Assembly (NCBI GenBank): GCA_026770705.1
Contig: JANJGN010000544.1
Span: 248,001-312,000, forward strand
Direction of reading: 5' to 3'
Length of the DNA stretch: 64,000 nt
Source: Isurus oxyrinchus
Taxonomy: Eukaryota
Shown: piece after piece, positions 1 to 11,049 of the stretch
Position numbering within the stretch: the stretch's first letter is position 1
How the letters are laid out: the number at the start of each line of letters is the position of its first letter
Program-made: the position numbers and the translations under genes
The notes under the pieces: model-generated
The model's input: only the letters and a program-made list of their open reading frames with translations
Told to the model about the DNA's origin: nothing
The model's database searches: none

Positions 1-802
1 TAATAATGCAATGTTAAAGGATATAACCAGCGAATTTCAACTGTGATGGGGAGTTAAATGAATATAACTCAAACGGTTATAATGCGGCAATATTTCCCAA
101 GATTACAACAATAAAAAAATATTATTGTTAGACATTTAGCAGATAATCTGTGCTATCCACAACTATGCTGCAAAACACAGCACAATTAATAGCAGCCGGA
201 CAAATGCAGAGGTTCCAGCAATTTCCATGGTGTTTTTTTTAAATTATAATACACACTGATCGCACTGCCGCGTTTAGTTTGAACAAGGATTTTAAATTAA
301 TTGGTTCCTCCCTGGTTAACGCAGGTTGAAAGATGCTAATTAATTATCAATATTAAATGCATTTTGTAAATTGCAGCAGGCTAATTTAATATATCTGCCG
401 GGTTGCTGAAGCTTTGCTGTGCAGCCAAACGGCGCTGTTCCTTCAATTTTGGTGTAGCCCATTATCACTAAGCTAATCTTAAACAGTTTGCCGTTAAGGA
501 ATTGCTCAATAATTCAATTCAAATTCAGAGAAAGTTCAGAATACATATGGCTGGAGATGGGCAAACATTGCTATTGAAGCAGGTTGGCTTAATTATAAAC
601 TTTTGAATTGAAGAACAACTACCAATCTTGCAAAACTGTGAGATATACGGGTTGAATTAAATGGGAGCTACCTTTAATTCTCATTAAAATCGTTGTTCTT
701 TTTGCTCGTTGAATTTCAGTGATGCAGAGTAATAGTTATCTCTCAGTTCTGCATTGATGATTGTGGATCTTAATTTCAATAAGTAGCATTAAATATTTAA
801 AT

Positions 803-988
803 AAAAAAATGCTGAACAAATACTCAGCAGGACTGGCAGCATCTGTCCATGGAGAAGCAGAGATCTGAAGAAGAGTCATATGGATTCGAAATGTTAATGT
901 TTCTCTCTCCACTGATGCTTCCAGACGTGCTGAGTTTTGCCAGCATTTTCCGTTTTTATATCAGATTTCCAGCATCCGCAGCATTTTA
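803..988. mobile_element. Palindromic non-autonomous PLE-tail-derived element with degenerate minimal hammerhead motif
   Basis: Arms aaaatgctg...actcagcagg..ggcagcatc and gatgcttcc..tgctgagtt..ccagcatttt are inverted. Centre reads CTGAAGA-A-GAGTC-ATATG-GATTC-GAAA (865-891). Homologous to the PLE tail at 8455-8555. Confidence 0.7.
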
Positions 989-3231
989 TTTTCATTATAC
1001 GTTTGAAACACATTTACGTGCATTGTGTGGATTACGGGAATGATACATCGAAGTTTGGCTGTATTATTATCAAGGGGAGGCTCCGAAAATGGCGCCAAAT
1101 TGCCAGGGCTACATTAATTATTAAAAATAAAACTGCTGTTGGAATGTGGGTTGATATTTAAACTCCGGAGTCCTGCTTTAGTGACTAGAGGATGTTGCAC
1201 TCCAATTTTTATTACCGATATGAGTACCCGGATAGTGCTTGAACATTTTTAAGCTGCCCACTTATAAATATATCATGTGAAATACACGTTTAGAACAGAA
1301 GAGCTTTTACATCGTGCAAACATAATCACAAACATGGAAATCTTACACGGGTGTAGATATAAGAGCACATTCTTATAAATTGTTGATCATCTTAATGTAT
1401 TAAAAATAATATAATGTATTTGTCCAGAAGTTTATGGAATGATTTGGTTAATTTAAGAAGTGTCACCTTAATTTAATTAAGCCTATTATTAACAAGAGAC
1501 AAATCAGAAGAAGAATAAAATTATTAACAAATTTGGCATAATGGAGTTAAATATCACCAATATGAAAATAGAGTCTAAGATCACTACGAATTAATTACAA
1601 AAAAAATCTCTCAAATGTGCTGCGCTGGGTCCAGGATTAAAGTTAAAACTCATTGTTGGAGAATTTTTAAAATTATTTTCAATTAACTTGGAAAGCAACA
1701 TGTTTCTCACTCAACTACCTTTGGCTCCATTGGATATTGCTCTACAATTTAATTAATTATCTTCGTGCTTTGCCTCAGCAGTTTCAATGATTATATATTA
1801 TTCTGAAATTATGTCAGTGAATAATAGGAGTTCAGTGTAAATATCTCCCGATTTGTTAAATTTTTGCTCTGTTACAATGTCCCTGTTATAGACATAAATT
1901 ACCATGAATGTAAATTATTTTGATGTACCTGTTCTCAGCCAAACTTACTCCAAGGCTGTTGTGAAAGCTGTACACAGACAGGGAGAAATTGAGGCCCGTC
2001 AAATGGAGTTTTTTTCCATTTAGAAGCAAAATAATTTCACAGAAGTGACATGGTCATAAATTTACAAACGTTTTAATCTATTCAAACAGATTAATAGATA
2101 ATAGAGAAATCTATCTTTAATAGACTGATTTTTGCATTGTTTATGTCTGTTCTGTTTCTATGTGCGTGGTCACTGTGCGGGAATCGGGAGCCTTCTGGCT
2201 GTTTGTGAACTTCCTGGTTCATTCTCCTGTAATTCAGGGAATTAATTTCGGACCATTTATTTAAGAAGTTTGTATATCCGAGAAAGGTGCAAATCTGTTC
2301 TTAAGTTTGAGAATATGTCTCAGAAATAAGATCAGTTTCCCAGTTTGTGGAATTCAGAAGGAATGCAAAGTGTAGAAAGATATTTTTCCTGTTCAGTGTT
2401 TGCTGTATCAGAGCCTGTGGTTTGTTGATGGTCCAGTCTAAACGCAAGTTTTAACTAAAAATGCGGAATAGAGGGTGTTTTAGAATGCATCCCACCATTT
2501 ATATTCCTGAAATACAGCGCTTCACAGGACTGTGCAAAGAGAGTTTTAGTATAATTCACCTGTTCTGTATCTGACATGAGAGTGTTGGCACTCTCAATTT
2601 TCAAGGAACTTTAATCAGTATCAAATGCATTGGGCATGAGTGCTCCGAATTAGATATGTAAAAGTAAATGATTCAATTCCTTCAATGAAGTAGCAGATCG
2701 ATAATTTAACATACGTTTCATTCTAAAAAAAAACCAAGTTTGTGATTAAGGGATGATGATTAAACATTTTCAATAGCAGATAATACTTGAATCAGATTGG
2801 CCTGATCTAAAGCTTAATTTCAGGACAGTTACAGGAAGTCACTGTAATGTTGCCTTCTGCGATATGATCGAATCTGAAAATAACTTGTGCAACGTAAATA
2901 GACAGTATGGTGCCTTACTCCTTGTTAAACGGAAACTACGGTGGGAATGAGAGCTGGAAAAATATGAATTTAACTTAACTCAATGCACAACCTGATTCCA
3001 ACTGCCCGAAGGACATTTGATGAACTATCAGAGAGGCAATTTTACTCTTGTTCCAAGGCCTTACTAGGGCTGTGGGTTTTATGTGGAACTTCAATGTTCT
3101 TCTCTCTTGTATCTAATCAGTGCAGTCTGTGAACTGTGAACGTTTGATTGTGCAGGGTAGATGGAACTCCTTTTTCTGAACATTTATCTATTCATGCATC
3201 CATTTTCCATCCATCGATGCAAAGATGGATG

Positions 3232-4010
3232 NNNNNNNNNNNNNNNNNNNNNNNNNNNNNNNNNNNNNNNNNNNNNNNNNNNNNNNNNNNNNNNNNNNNN
3301 NNNNNNNNNNNNNNNNNNNNNNNNNNNNNNNNNNNNNNNNNNNNNNNNNNNNNNNNNNNNNNNNNNNNNNNNNNNNNNNNNNNNNNNNNNNNNNNNNNNN
3401 NNNNNNNNNNNNNNNNNNNNNNNNNNNNNNNNNNNNNNNNNNNNNNNNNNNNNNNNNNNNNNNNNNNNNNNNNNNNNNNNNNNNNNNNNNNNNNNNNNNT
3501 GTCTATCTATGTATCTATAGATCTGTCTATCTATGTATCTATAGATCTATCTATCTAGGTATCTATAGATCTGTCTATCTAGGTATCTATAGATCTGTCT
3601 TTCTATGTATCTATAGATCTGTCTATCTATGTATCTATAGATCTGTTTATCTATGTATCTGTCTGTCTCTATCTTCTATCATTCTCTATCGCTCTTTTTC
3701 TATCGCTCTCTCTCTCTATCCATCCANNNNNNNNNNNNNNNNNNNNNNNNNNNNNNNNNNNNNNNNNNNNNNNNNNNNNNNNNNNNNNNNNNNNNNNNNN
3801 NNNNNNNNNNNNNNNNNNNNNNNNNNNNNNNNNNNNNNNNNNNNNNNNNNNNNNNNNNNNNNNNNNNNNNNNNNNNNNNNNNNNNNNNNNNNNNNNNNNN
3901 NNNNNNNNNNNNNNNNNNNNNNNNNNNNNNNNNNNNNNNNNNNNNNNNNNNNNNNNNNNNNNNNATCTACTGATCTCTTTAACTCTCTGTCTATCTATCT
4001 ATCTGTTTAT
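3232..4010. repeat. (TCTA)-type simple repeat with assembly gaps (N 3232-3499, 3727-3964)
   Basis: About 24-bp gtctatctatgtatctatagatct units between N runs. Confidence 0.9.
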
Positions 4011-4486
4011 CTAACCAAGATAGCTGAAATAATTGATTATTTGTAAACATCATTGAGAATTGGCAAATTTGGAGAGTTAATACAAAATTGTGATTGGCCG
4101 AAAACCAACTGTCCATGCTATCAAATAGTCTCATTGATCAACTCTGAGTCATGCTTTATAAAAGTGCTAAAACATTGTCTGCAAGTAATGAAGCTAGTCG
4201 ATCCACCGGTCAGAGTTACATAATCTTTAGAGTAAATGCTGCCAAGCATCATCCACGTTTATCCTCTGAAAACGACAACATGTTGATAATGAAACTACAA
4301 TAAATTAGCATAAAAACCCCTCTGGCCCACTGATGTCCGTCATGGAAGATAATCGGCCATCCTGGCCCAGAGATAGGTAAATGTTAGTGCATTAATTTAG
4401 TCATTTGCTGGTGAGAAGAGGTTGATAGTAAAATACTTTAAGCGAGAGCTCAGTGAAAATAATGTGGAAGGGTCTAAAGTGAAAGT

Positions 4487-4665
4487 AAAAACAAAAAAAC
4501 TGCGGATGCTGGAAATCCAAAACAAAAACAGAATTACCTGGAAAAACTCAGCAGGTCCGGCAGCATCAGCGGAGAAGAAAAGAGTTGACGTTTCGAGTCC
4601 TCATGACCCTTCGACAGAACTTGAGTTCGAGTCCAAGAAAGAGTTGAAATATAAGCTGGTTTAAG

Positions 4666-4696
<31 letters not shown>

Positions 4697-6347
4697 GGGG
4701 GGGCGCGGAGAGATAGAGAGAGAGAGAGAGAGAGGTTGGGGTTGTGGGGGGGGGGGGGGGATGTGGCTGTGTGGATAAACAAGCAGTGATAGAAGCAGAT
4801 CATCAAAAGATGTCAACGACAATGGTACAATAGAACACATAGGTGTTAAAGTTAAAGTTGGTGATATTATCTAAACGAATGTGCTAATTAAGAATGGATG
4901 GTAGGGCACTCAAGGTATAGCTCTAGTGGGGGTTTTTTTATATAATAGAAATAGGTGGGAAAAGGAAAATCTTTATAATTTATTGGGAAAAAAAAGGAAG
5001 GGGGAAACAGAAAGGGGGTGGGGATGGGGGAGGGAGCTCACAACCTAAAGTTGTTGAATTCAATATTCAGTCCGGAAGGCAGTATGGTGCCTAGTCGGAA
5101 GATGAGCTGTTGTTCCTCCAGTTTGCGTTGGGCTTCACTGGAACAATGCAGCAAGCCAAGGACAGACATGTGGGCAAGAGAGCAGGGTGGAGTGTTAAAA
5201 TGGCAAGCGACAGGGAGGTTTGGGTCATTCTTGCGGACAGACCACAGGTGTTCTGCAAAGCAGTTGCCCAGTTTACGTTTGGTCTCTCCAATGTAGAGGA
5301 GACCACATTGGGAGCAACGAATGCAGTAGACCAAGTTGGGGGAAATGCAAGTGAAATACTGCTTCACTTGAAAGGAGTGTTTGGGCCCTTGGACGGTGAG
5401 GAGAGAGGAAGTGAAGGGGCAGGTGTTACATCTTTTGCGTGGGCATGGAGTGGTGCCATAGTAGGTGGTTGAGGAGTAGGGGGTGATGGAGGAGTGGACC
5501 AGGGTGTCCCGGAGGGAGCGATCCCTACGGAATGCCGATAAGGGGGGTGAAGGGAAGATGTGTTTGGTGGTGGCATCATGCTGGAGTTGGCGGAAATGGC
5601 GGAGGATGATCCTTTGAATGCGGAGGCTGGTGGGGTGATAAGTGAGGACAAGGGGGACCCTAGCATGTTTCTGGGAGGGAGGAGAAGGCGTGAGGGCGGA
5701 TGCGCGGGAGATGGGCTGGACACGGTTGAGGGCCCTGTCAACGACCATGGGTGGAAAACCTCAGTAGAGGAAGAAGGAGGACATGTCAGAGGAGCTGTTT
5801 TTGAAGGTAACATCATCGGAACAGATGCGACGAAGGCGAAGGAACTGGGAGAATGGGATGGAGTCCTTACAGGAAGCGGGGTGTGAGAAGCTGTAGTTGA
5901 GGTAGCTGTGGGAGTTGGTGGGTTTGTAATGGATATTGGTGGACAGTCTATCACCAGAGATTGAGACAGAGAGGTCAAGGAAGGGAAGGGAAGTGTCAGA
6001 GATGGACCACGTGAAAATGATGGAGGGGTGGAGATTGGAAGCAAAATTAATAAATTTTTCCAAGTCCCGACGAGAGCATGAAGCGGCACCAAAGTAATCA
6101 TCGATGTACCGGAGAAAAAGTTGTGGAAGGGGGCCGGGGTAGGACTGCAACAAGGAATGTTCCACATACCCCATAAAGAGACAGGCATAGCTGGGGCCCA
6201 TGCGGGTACCCATAGCCACACCTTTTATTTGGAGGAAGTGAGAGGAGTTGAAGGAGAAATTGTTCAACGTGAGAACAAGTTCAGCCAGACGGAGGAGAGT
6301 AGTGGTGGATGGGGATTGTTCGGGCCTCTGTTCGAGGAAGAAGCTAA
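4487..6347 (-). mobile_element. Penelope-like element, inverted 5'-truncated arm (RT C-terminal half, GIY-YIG, 3' tail)
   Basis: Reverse complement of 6753-8554. ORFs 5761-6378 and 5038-5748 (YIDD; VYCIRCSQCGLLYIGET) are separated by a CGA>TGA stop at 5761-5763. Confidence 0.95.
4583..4621 (-). ncRNA. Minimal hammerhead motif in the inverted PLE arm
   Basis: Exact reverse complement of 8455-8493. Confidence 0.7.
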
Positions 6348-6349
6348 AG

Positions 6350-8062
6350 TACCTCTCCCTGGACCATGACCCCACCACTGAACATCAAGCCATTGTTTCC
6401 AGGACTGTCACTGACCTCATCTCCTCTGGGGATCTCCCTCCCACAGCTTCCAACCTGATAGTCGCCCAACCTCGGACGGCCCGCTTCTATCTCCTACCCA
6501 AAATCCACAAACAGAACTGCCCCGGTAGACCGATCATCTCAGCTTGCTCCTGCCCCACAGAACTCATCTCTCGTTATCTTGACTCCCTTCTCTCTCCCCT
6601 TGTCCAATCCCTTCCCACCTACATCCGTGATTCCTCTGACACCTTACGTCACATCAACAATTTCCAGTTCCATGGCCCCAACCGCTTCCTCTTCACCATG
6701 GACGTCCAATCCCTCTACACCTCCATCCCCCACCAGGATGGTCTGAGGGTCCTTAGCTTCTTCCTCGAACAGAGGCCCGAACAATCCCCATCCACCACTA
6801 CTCTCCTCCGTCTGGCTGAACTTGTTCTCACGTTGAACAATTTCTCCTTCAACTCCTCTCACTTCCTCCAAATAAAAGGTGTGGCTATGGGTACCCGCAT
6901 GGGCCCCAGCTATGCCTGTCTCTTTATGGGGTATGTGGAACATTCCTTGTTGCAGTCCTACTCCGGCCCCCTTCCACAACTCTTTCTCCGGTACATCGAT
7001 GATTACTTCGGTGCCGCTTCATGCTCTCGTCGGGACTTGGAAAAATTTATTAATTTTGCTTCCAATCTCCACCCCTCCATCACTTTCACGTGGTCCTTCT
7101 CTGACACTTCCCTTCCCTTCCTTGACCTCTCTGTCTCAATCTCTGGTGATAGACTGTCCACCAATATCCATTACAAACCCACCGACTCCCACAGCTACCT
7201 CGACTACAGCTCCTCACACCCCACTTCCTGTAAGGACTCCATCCCATTCTCCCAGTTCCTTCACCTCCGTCGCATCTGTTCCGATGATGTTACCTTCAAA
7301 GACAGTTCCTCTGACATGTCCTCCTTCTTCCTTAACCGAGGTTTTCCACCCACGGTCGTTGACAGGGCCCTCAACCGTGTCCGGCCCATCTCCCGCGCAT
7401 CCGCCCTCATGCCTTCTCCTCCCTCCCAGAAACATGCTAGGGTCCCCCTTGTCCTCACTTATCACCCCACCAGCCTCCGCATTCAAAGGATCATCCTTCG
7501 CCATTTCCGCCAACTCCAGCATGATGCCACCACCAAACACATCTTCCCTTCACCCCCCTTATCGGCATTCCGTAGGGATCACTCCCTCCGGGACACCCTG
7601 GTCCACTCCTCCATCACCCCCTACTCTTCAACCCCCTCCTATGGCACCACCCCATGCCCACGCAAAAGATGTAACACCTGCCCCTTCACTTCCTCTCTCC
7701 TCACCGTCCAAGGGCCCAAACATTCCTTTCAAGTGAAGCAGCATTTCACTTGCATTTCCCCCAACTTAGTTTACTGCATTCGTTGCTCCCAATGTGGTCT
7801 CCTCTACATTGGAGAGACCAAACGTAAACTGGGCGACCGCTTTGCAGAACACCTGCGGTCTGTCCGCAAGAATGACCCAAACCTCCCTGTCGCTTGCCAT
7901 TTTAACACTCCACCCTGCTCTCTTGCCCACATGTTTGTCGTTGGCTTGCTGCATTGTTCCAGTGAAGCCCAACGCAAACTGGAGGAACAACACCTCATCT
8001 TCCGACTCGGCACTTTACAGCCTTCCGGACTGAATATTGAATTCAACAACTTTAGGTTGTGA
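6350..8062 (+). CDS. PLE reverse transcriptase / GIY-YIG endonuclease (N-terminally truncated, frame open)
   Basis: Motifs LPKIHK, GRPIIS, FTMDVQSLYTSI, GVAMGT, YIDD, LPFLD, VYCIRC..YIGET. The first ~33 aa of the called 604-aa ORF come from the antisense arm. Confidence 0.9.
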   Translation, partial: YLSLDHDPTTEHQAIVSRTVTDLISSGDLPPTASNLIVAQPRTARFYLLPKIHKQNCPGRPIISACSCPTELISRYLDSLLSPLVQSLPTYIRDSSDTLRHINNFQFHGPNRFLFTMDVQSLYTSIPHQDGLRVLSFFLEQRPEQSPSTTTLLRLAELVLTLNNFSFNSSHFLQIKGVAMGTRMGPSYACLFMGYVEHSLLQSYSGPLPQLFLRYIDDYFGAASCSRRDLEKFINFASNLHPSITFTWSFSDTSLPFLDLSVSISGDRLSTNIHYKPTDSHSYLDYSSSHPTSCKDSIPFSQFLHLRRICSDDVTFKDSSSDMSSFFLNRGFPPTVVDRALNRVRPISRASALMPSPPSQKHARVPLVLTYHPTSLRIQRIILRHFRQLQHDATTKHIFPSPPLSAFRRDHSLRDTLVHSSITPYSSTPSYGTTPCPRKRCNTCPFTSSLLTVQGPKHSFQVKQHFTCISPNLVYCIRCSQCGLLYIGETKRKLGDRFAEHLRSVRKNDPNLPVACHFNTPPCSLAHMFVVGLLHCSSEAQRKLEEQHLIFRLGTLQPSGLNIEFNNFRL

Positions 8063-8454
8063 GCTCCCTCCCCCATCCCAACCCCTTTCTGTTTCCACCT
8101 TCCTTTTTTTTCCCAATAAATTATAAAGATTTTCCTTTTCCCACCTATTTCTATTGTATAAAAAGACCCCACTAGAGCTATACCTTGAGTGCCCTACCAT
8201 CCATTCTTAATTAGCACATTCGTTTAGATAATATCACCAACTTTAACTTTAACACCTATGTGTTCTATTGTACCATTGTCGTTGACATCTTTGGATGATC
8301 TGCTTCTATCACTGCTTGTTTGTCCACACAACCACATCCCCCCCCCCGCCCCCCACAACCCCAACCTCTCTCTCTCTCTCTCTCTATCTCTCCGCCCCCC
8401 ACACACACACCTTAAACCAACTTATATTTCAACTCTTTCTTGGACTCGAACTCA

Positions 8455-8493
8455 AGTTCTGTCGAAGGGTCATGAGGACTCGAAACGTCAACT
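8455..8493 (+). ncRNA. Minimal type I hammerhead ribozyme motif (variant core CUGUCGA)
   Basis: AGTT-CTGTCGA-A-GGGTC-ATGAG-GACTC-GAAAC-GTC-AACT: stem I AGUU/AACU, stem II GGGUC/GACUC, loopless helix III with ACGU palindrome. Confidence 0.7.
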
Positions 8494-8881
8494 CTTTTCT
8501 TCTCCGCCGATGCTGCCAGACCTGCTGAGTTTTTCCAGGTAATTCTGTTTTTGTTCTAAAGTGAAAGTGTTTGAGGAATGATTGACATTTTCCTCAATAG
8601 AGGAGTAAGGGCTGGAGGAAGCCCAGTTACAATATCCCTTATTTAACTCGCAGTTATGTGGCCTCTTGGGCAGTATTTTCCTTTTCCGACTTGTGCCTCA
8701 TCTTGTGTACAAGACTGGCCATTATGGCGGTGTGTCCCGTCGGGCATATCAATGCCTAAATGCAATTTATGACCAGGATATTTTGGAAATAAATTATCCC
8801 AATATTAAACTTCGAACAATTTGCTTATTTTATACTCACGAATCACATTTTTAACTTGTTCAATTGACCTTTCATTTGCAG

Positions 8882-9181
8882 CGACACCGTCTCCCCCCAC
8901 CCTCTACGCTCTGCTCTCCTCCTGTGAACAAGCAAACACTGCCGGCTCCATCACCTACGGCTGTTTGGCTGCGGACTACTCCCCCGAAATCACCAGCGTT
9001 TCCTGGAAGAAAGATCAAGAGACGATCACAGCTGGATTGAAGACTTACCCATCAGTACTGAACAAGAAGGGAACCCACACCCTGAGCAGCCAGTTAACCA
9101 TCACCGAATCCGAGGTGGGAAGCAGCACAATCTACTGCGAGGTTCGACAGAGTGACTCGGTCTGGCTGAAGGAAATGCCAG
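8882..9181 (+). CDS. IGHM: IgM CH1 exon (intact)
   Basis: ttgcag|CG ACA CCG; ATPSPPTLY...[15 protein letters not shown]...IYCEV...KEMP; donor G|gttcgt. Confidence 0.95.
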
Positions 9182-9294
9182 GTTCGTGTTGTGGGATGCA
9201 CATGGCGGCAGTGGCGGGGCTGGGTGAAGGGTGAACGTGGTCAGCAAATGAGTTATGTTCAAATTCTGCATCACATGGGTTAGAATGGAGTGAG

Positions 9295-9585
9295 AGTTTT
9301 GTGTATAGTTCAGGTGCCCATATGACACTTAGTGTGGATACCTGTATTCTCCACAGCACACTTAGTGGATTGTGTAGAGTTCTGGCCTCCACATCACACT
9401 TAGTGTGATATGCACAGCTCAGGTCTCCACATCACAGTTATTGTACTGTGGATAGTTTTGTTCTCCACATCACAAAGTAGTGTACTGTGTATAATTAAGG
9501 CCTCCACATCACAATAGGTGTACTGTGTGCAGTTATCCCCCTCCAAATCACATCGAGTACACTGTATGTAGTTCTGGTTTCCTCG
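9295..9585. repeat. Degenerate ~38-bp minisatellite, ~7 copies
   Basis: ctccacatcaca core at ~9349, 9387, 9425, 9463, 9502, 9541. Confidence 0.75.
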
Positions 9586-10050
9586 TAAGAAGAATGCTAC
9601 AGGGGCGTTGCAATAGGAGAAAAACTACGTACAAGGACAATACCAGAGCTGATAGATTACTTCTGTTAAGTAACAGCGGGTTGGTGGTCTATTCTCTACA
9701 AAATAAAAAGTTGTGTTGTGACCGAATAAAGGTCCTCAGACTTCCGAAATAATTTGATAGATTAGACAAGAATTAGAGCTCATGTTAACAACAGAATGTT
9801 AAAAAAAAAACAATTGGCAAATCTGAATCTTCTTTACACAAAGAGTAAGCGGAATATGGGAATTTCTGGAGGTGAGATGTTACTGAGACCCTATTGAGGG
9901 GAATCTTAATAGGTACATGAGGGAGATTGTAATGGAGGTGGTTTTTAAACTGCGAGGTGAAATAGGGCGAGAGGATGTTCGTGTGGATCCTAAACTCCAG
10001 CATTGAACTATGGGGCCGCCTGGCCTGGTTCTGTCCTGTGGATTTTATGT
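9585..10050 (+). mobile_element. Old CR1 LINE 3' fragment
   Basis: Resembles CR1 ORF2 end and 3' UTR (gggccgcctggcctggttctgtcctgtggattttatg). Confidence 0.55.
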
Positions 10051-10122
10051 AAATGGTTTTAGAGTTTTTAATTGTTTGGCTTGAAGCAAAATTAATTCCT
10101 AATAATATGTATTTTCTTGCAG

Positions 10123-10432
10123 ATATTGTGCTGCATCATCACGGTTCTGCTTACCGTGAGCCCCAGTGAAGAAATCACAAGCAGCAGATCTGCAACCATC
10201 GTCTGTTCAATCGTTGATTTCCGTCCAAATTCAATCAAGGTGAAATGGCTGAAGAATGGACAGGCCATGGCCTCGGGCTTCGTCACCTCTCCCAGCTTTG
10301 AAGTGAACAGGAACTTCTCGGCAACCAGTCGGTTGACAGTCCCCGCTGGGGACTGGTTCAGTCACACGCTCTATACCTGCTAGGTGACTCATAAAGGGGT
10401 CACTCAAAGCCGAAACATCACCAAACCTGAGG
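10123..10432 (+). pseudogene. IGHM: IgM CH2 exon (frameshift near 10137-10140; TAG at 10381)
   Basis: ttgcag|AT acceptor is out of frame with [39 protein letters not shown]. The spliced frame stops at TGA 10167. Donor G|gtaaga. Confidence 0.92.
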
Positions 10433-10589
10433 GTAAGAGACACAACCCGAGAAAGCCCAAGGCCATTCTTGGTGCCAATCTCTGTCCAAACCAAGAAATA
10501 GTTTGGAATGATTAAAAGTCAGAGAATGTGTCCCATTTGCCAATTTTCCCGTTTGAGTATCCTTCCAAAGGAAACAAAAACACACTGAA

Positions 10590-10830
10590 GGTAACCTTTC
10601 ATTTATATAGCGTCGTCCCCAGCATCAGATTCTCCCAAAACACTTAGCAGCCAATGAATGACCGTGGAAATGTTCTCATTGTCGTAAAGTAGAATATTCA
10701 GCAGCGATTTGCTGTACAACAGTTTCCAAGAAACTGCGACATGATGCTGACAGGAGTTATTTATTTATTTATTGATTTCATTCTGTTTGTTCAGGGACAC
10801 ATGTTGTCCAGGAAACAGACAAACTTCAGC
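10590..10830 (-). mobile_element. SINE fragment (Deu-domain/SacSINE1-like 3' part)
   Basis: Reverse complement contains cattggctgctaagtgttttggg...cgctatataaatgaaag. Confidence 0.45.
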
Positions 10831-11049
10831 TAAGCATTTCGAACGTTTTCTTTTCATTTTTATTTCAAGTTTCCAGCAATATTTGGCTTTTAGAACTAAA
10901 GAACATTATTGGATTTGCTGTTGGGGAGAGTTAAACTAACTCAGGAGGAGCGTGGGAACAACGAGAGAATTTCAGCATGTAATAGCATGGATTCTGGGAG
11001 CGGCAGCTAACTCTAAAAGAGGGAATATTCAGTTAATAGATGGAGTCAG

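Larger units (their letters stand above)
6350..8554 (+). mobile_element. Penelope-like element, 5'-truncated direct arm
   Basis: RT plus GIY-YIG ORF followed by 3' tail. The whole 4487-8554 insert is flanked by the 14-bp TSD TCTAAAGTGAAAGT (4473-4486, 8555-8568). Confidence 0.95.

Noticed and set aside
330-1915. Octamer-like motifs (ATGCTAAT, ATGTAAAT) as an IgH intronic enhancer
   Set aside because: Isolated variants are expected by chance in AT-rich DNA; no clear motif cluster.
2127-2200. Possible JH segment or RSS (CACTGTG at 2171)
   Set aside because: No convincing nonamer at 12/23 spacing and no WGxG coding sequence. No V, D or J was recognised in the window.
3148-4046. ORFs containing X runs
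   Set aside because: They span assembly gaps and TCTA repeats.
4670-4760. G-rich tract as a class-switch region
   Set aside because: It is part of the PLE tail, and sharks lack tetrapod-type switch regions.
6248-6349. N-terminus of the 604-aa ORF as a real start
   Set aside because: TTG start lies in the antisense arm; chimeric read-through across the inversion junction.
6879-7736. 285-aa Pro/Ser/Thr-rich overlapping ORF (mirror copy at 5364-6221)
   Set aside because: Alternative frame of C-rich PLE RT sequence; its presence in both arms reflects the duplication only.
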